A stretch of DNA of 63,459 nt, counting the filler, from Octopus bimaculoides (lineage: Eukaryota): NCBI RefSeq assembly GCF_001194135.2. It is 4 parts of 3 records of this genome, joined end to end, with 100 filler letters (N's around TTAATTAATTAA, not from the genome) between each part and the next. Parts side by side here need not be neighbours in the genome. Positions count along the whole stretch, not along the records: positions 62,273 to 63,459 come from NC_068984.1; 3 more parts are not named here. One strand, 5' to 3'. A program made the translations under genes and the position numbers. Position 1 is the first letter of the stretch. Every line of letters begins with the position of its first letter. Under the pieces are notes generated by a model. That model worked only from the letters and a program-made list of their open reading frames with translations. It was not told the origin of the DNA and did no database searches. Shown in pieces: positions 63,177 through 63,459 of this stretch.

Positions 63177-63365
63177 TGTTAAGCGATGCTGGGGAGACAA
63201 ACACAGACACACAAACATATACACACACATATATACATATATATACGATGGCTTCTGTCAGTTTCCGTCTACCAAATCCACTCACAAGGCTTTGGTTGGC
63301 CCAAGGCTATAATAGAAGACACTGCCCCAAGGTGCCACGCAGTGCGAATGAACCCGGAACCATGT
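63177..63365 (-). mobile_element. SINE family 1 partial copy
   Basis: CAAATCCACTCACAAGGCTTTGGTTGGCCCAAGG...CCAAGGTGCCACGCAGTG. Confidence 0.85.
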
Positions 63366-63459
63366 AAATATATATATATATATATCATCATCATCATCAT
63401 CGTCGTTTAACGTCCACTTTTCATGCTAGCATGGGTTGGACGATTTGACTGAGGACTGG

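Overview
This is AT-rich, microsatellite-saturated animal DNA from a gappy short-read assembly. Its SINE families look like those described from Octopus, so an octopod cephalopod is my inference; I cannot confirm the species. The window is not one locus. Three identical 100-bp spacers (44 N + TTAATTAATTAA + 44 N, with the 12-mer at 20672, 38879 and 62217) join four unrelated scaffolds: about 1-20627, 20728-38834, 38935-62172 and 62273-63459. I find no intact protein-coding gene, and the long ORFs in the track are N-gap or microsatellite artefacts. The recognisable content is an orphan 28S rRNA fragment, three tRNA-derived SINE families, and decayed RTE, Penelope-like and R4/Dong-type retrotransposons. 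DNA-transposon relics include mariner, Tc1, maT/DD37D, hAT, Spy-like, ISL2EU-like and Helentron-type elements. There are also two tentative receptor pseudogenes (TLR-like and LRR-GPCR-like). The best leads are: RLE retrotransposons sitting in (TAA)n, a hammerhead-like motif with a U3-A8 covariation beside a Penelope element, a 707-bp ISL2EU-like derivative carrying SAP/SWIM coding sequence, a Spy-like transposase relic, and a perfect 27-bp pre-miRNA-like hairpin. None of these is a demonstrated novel system.
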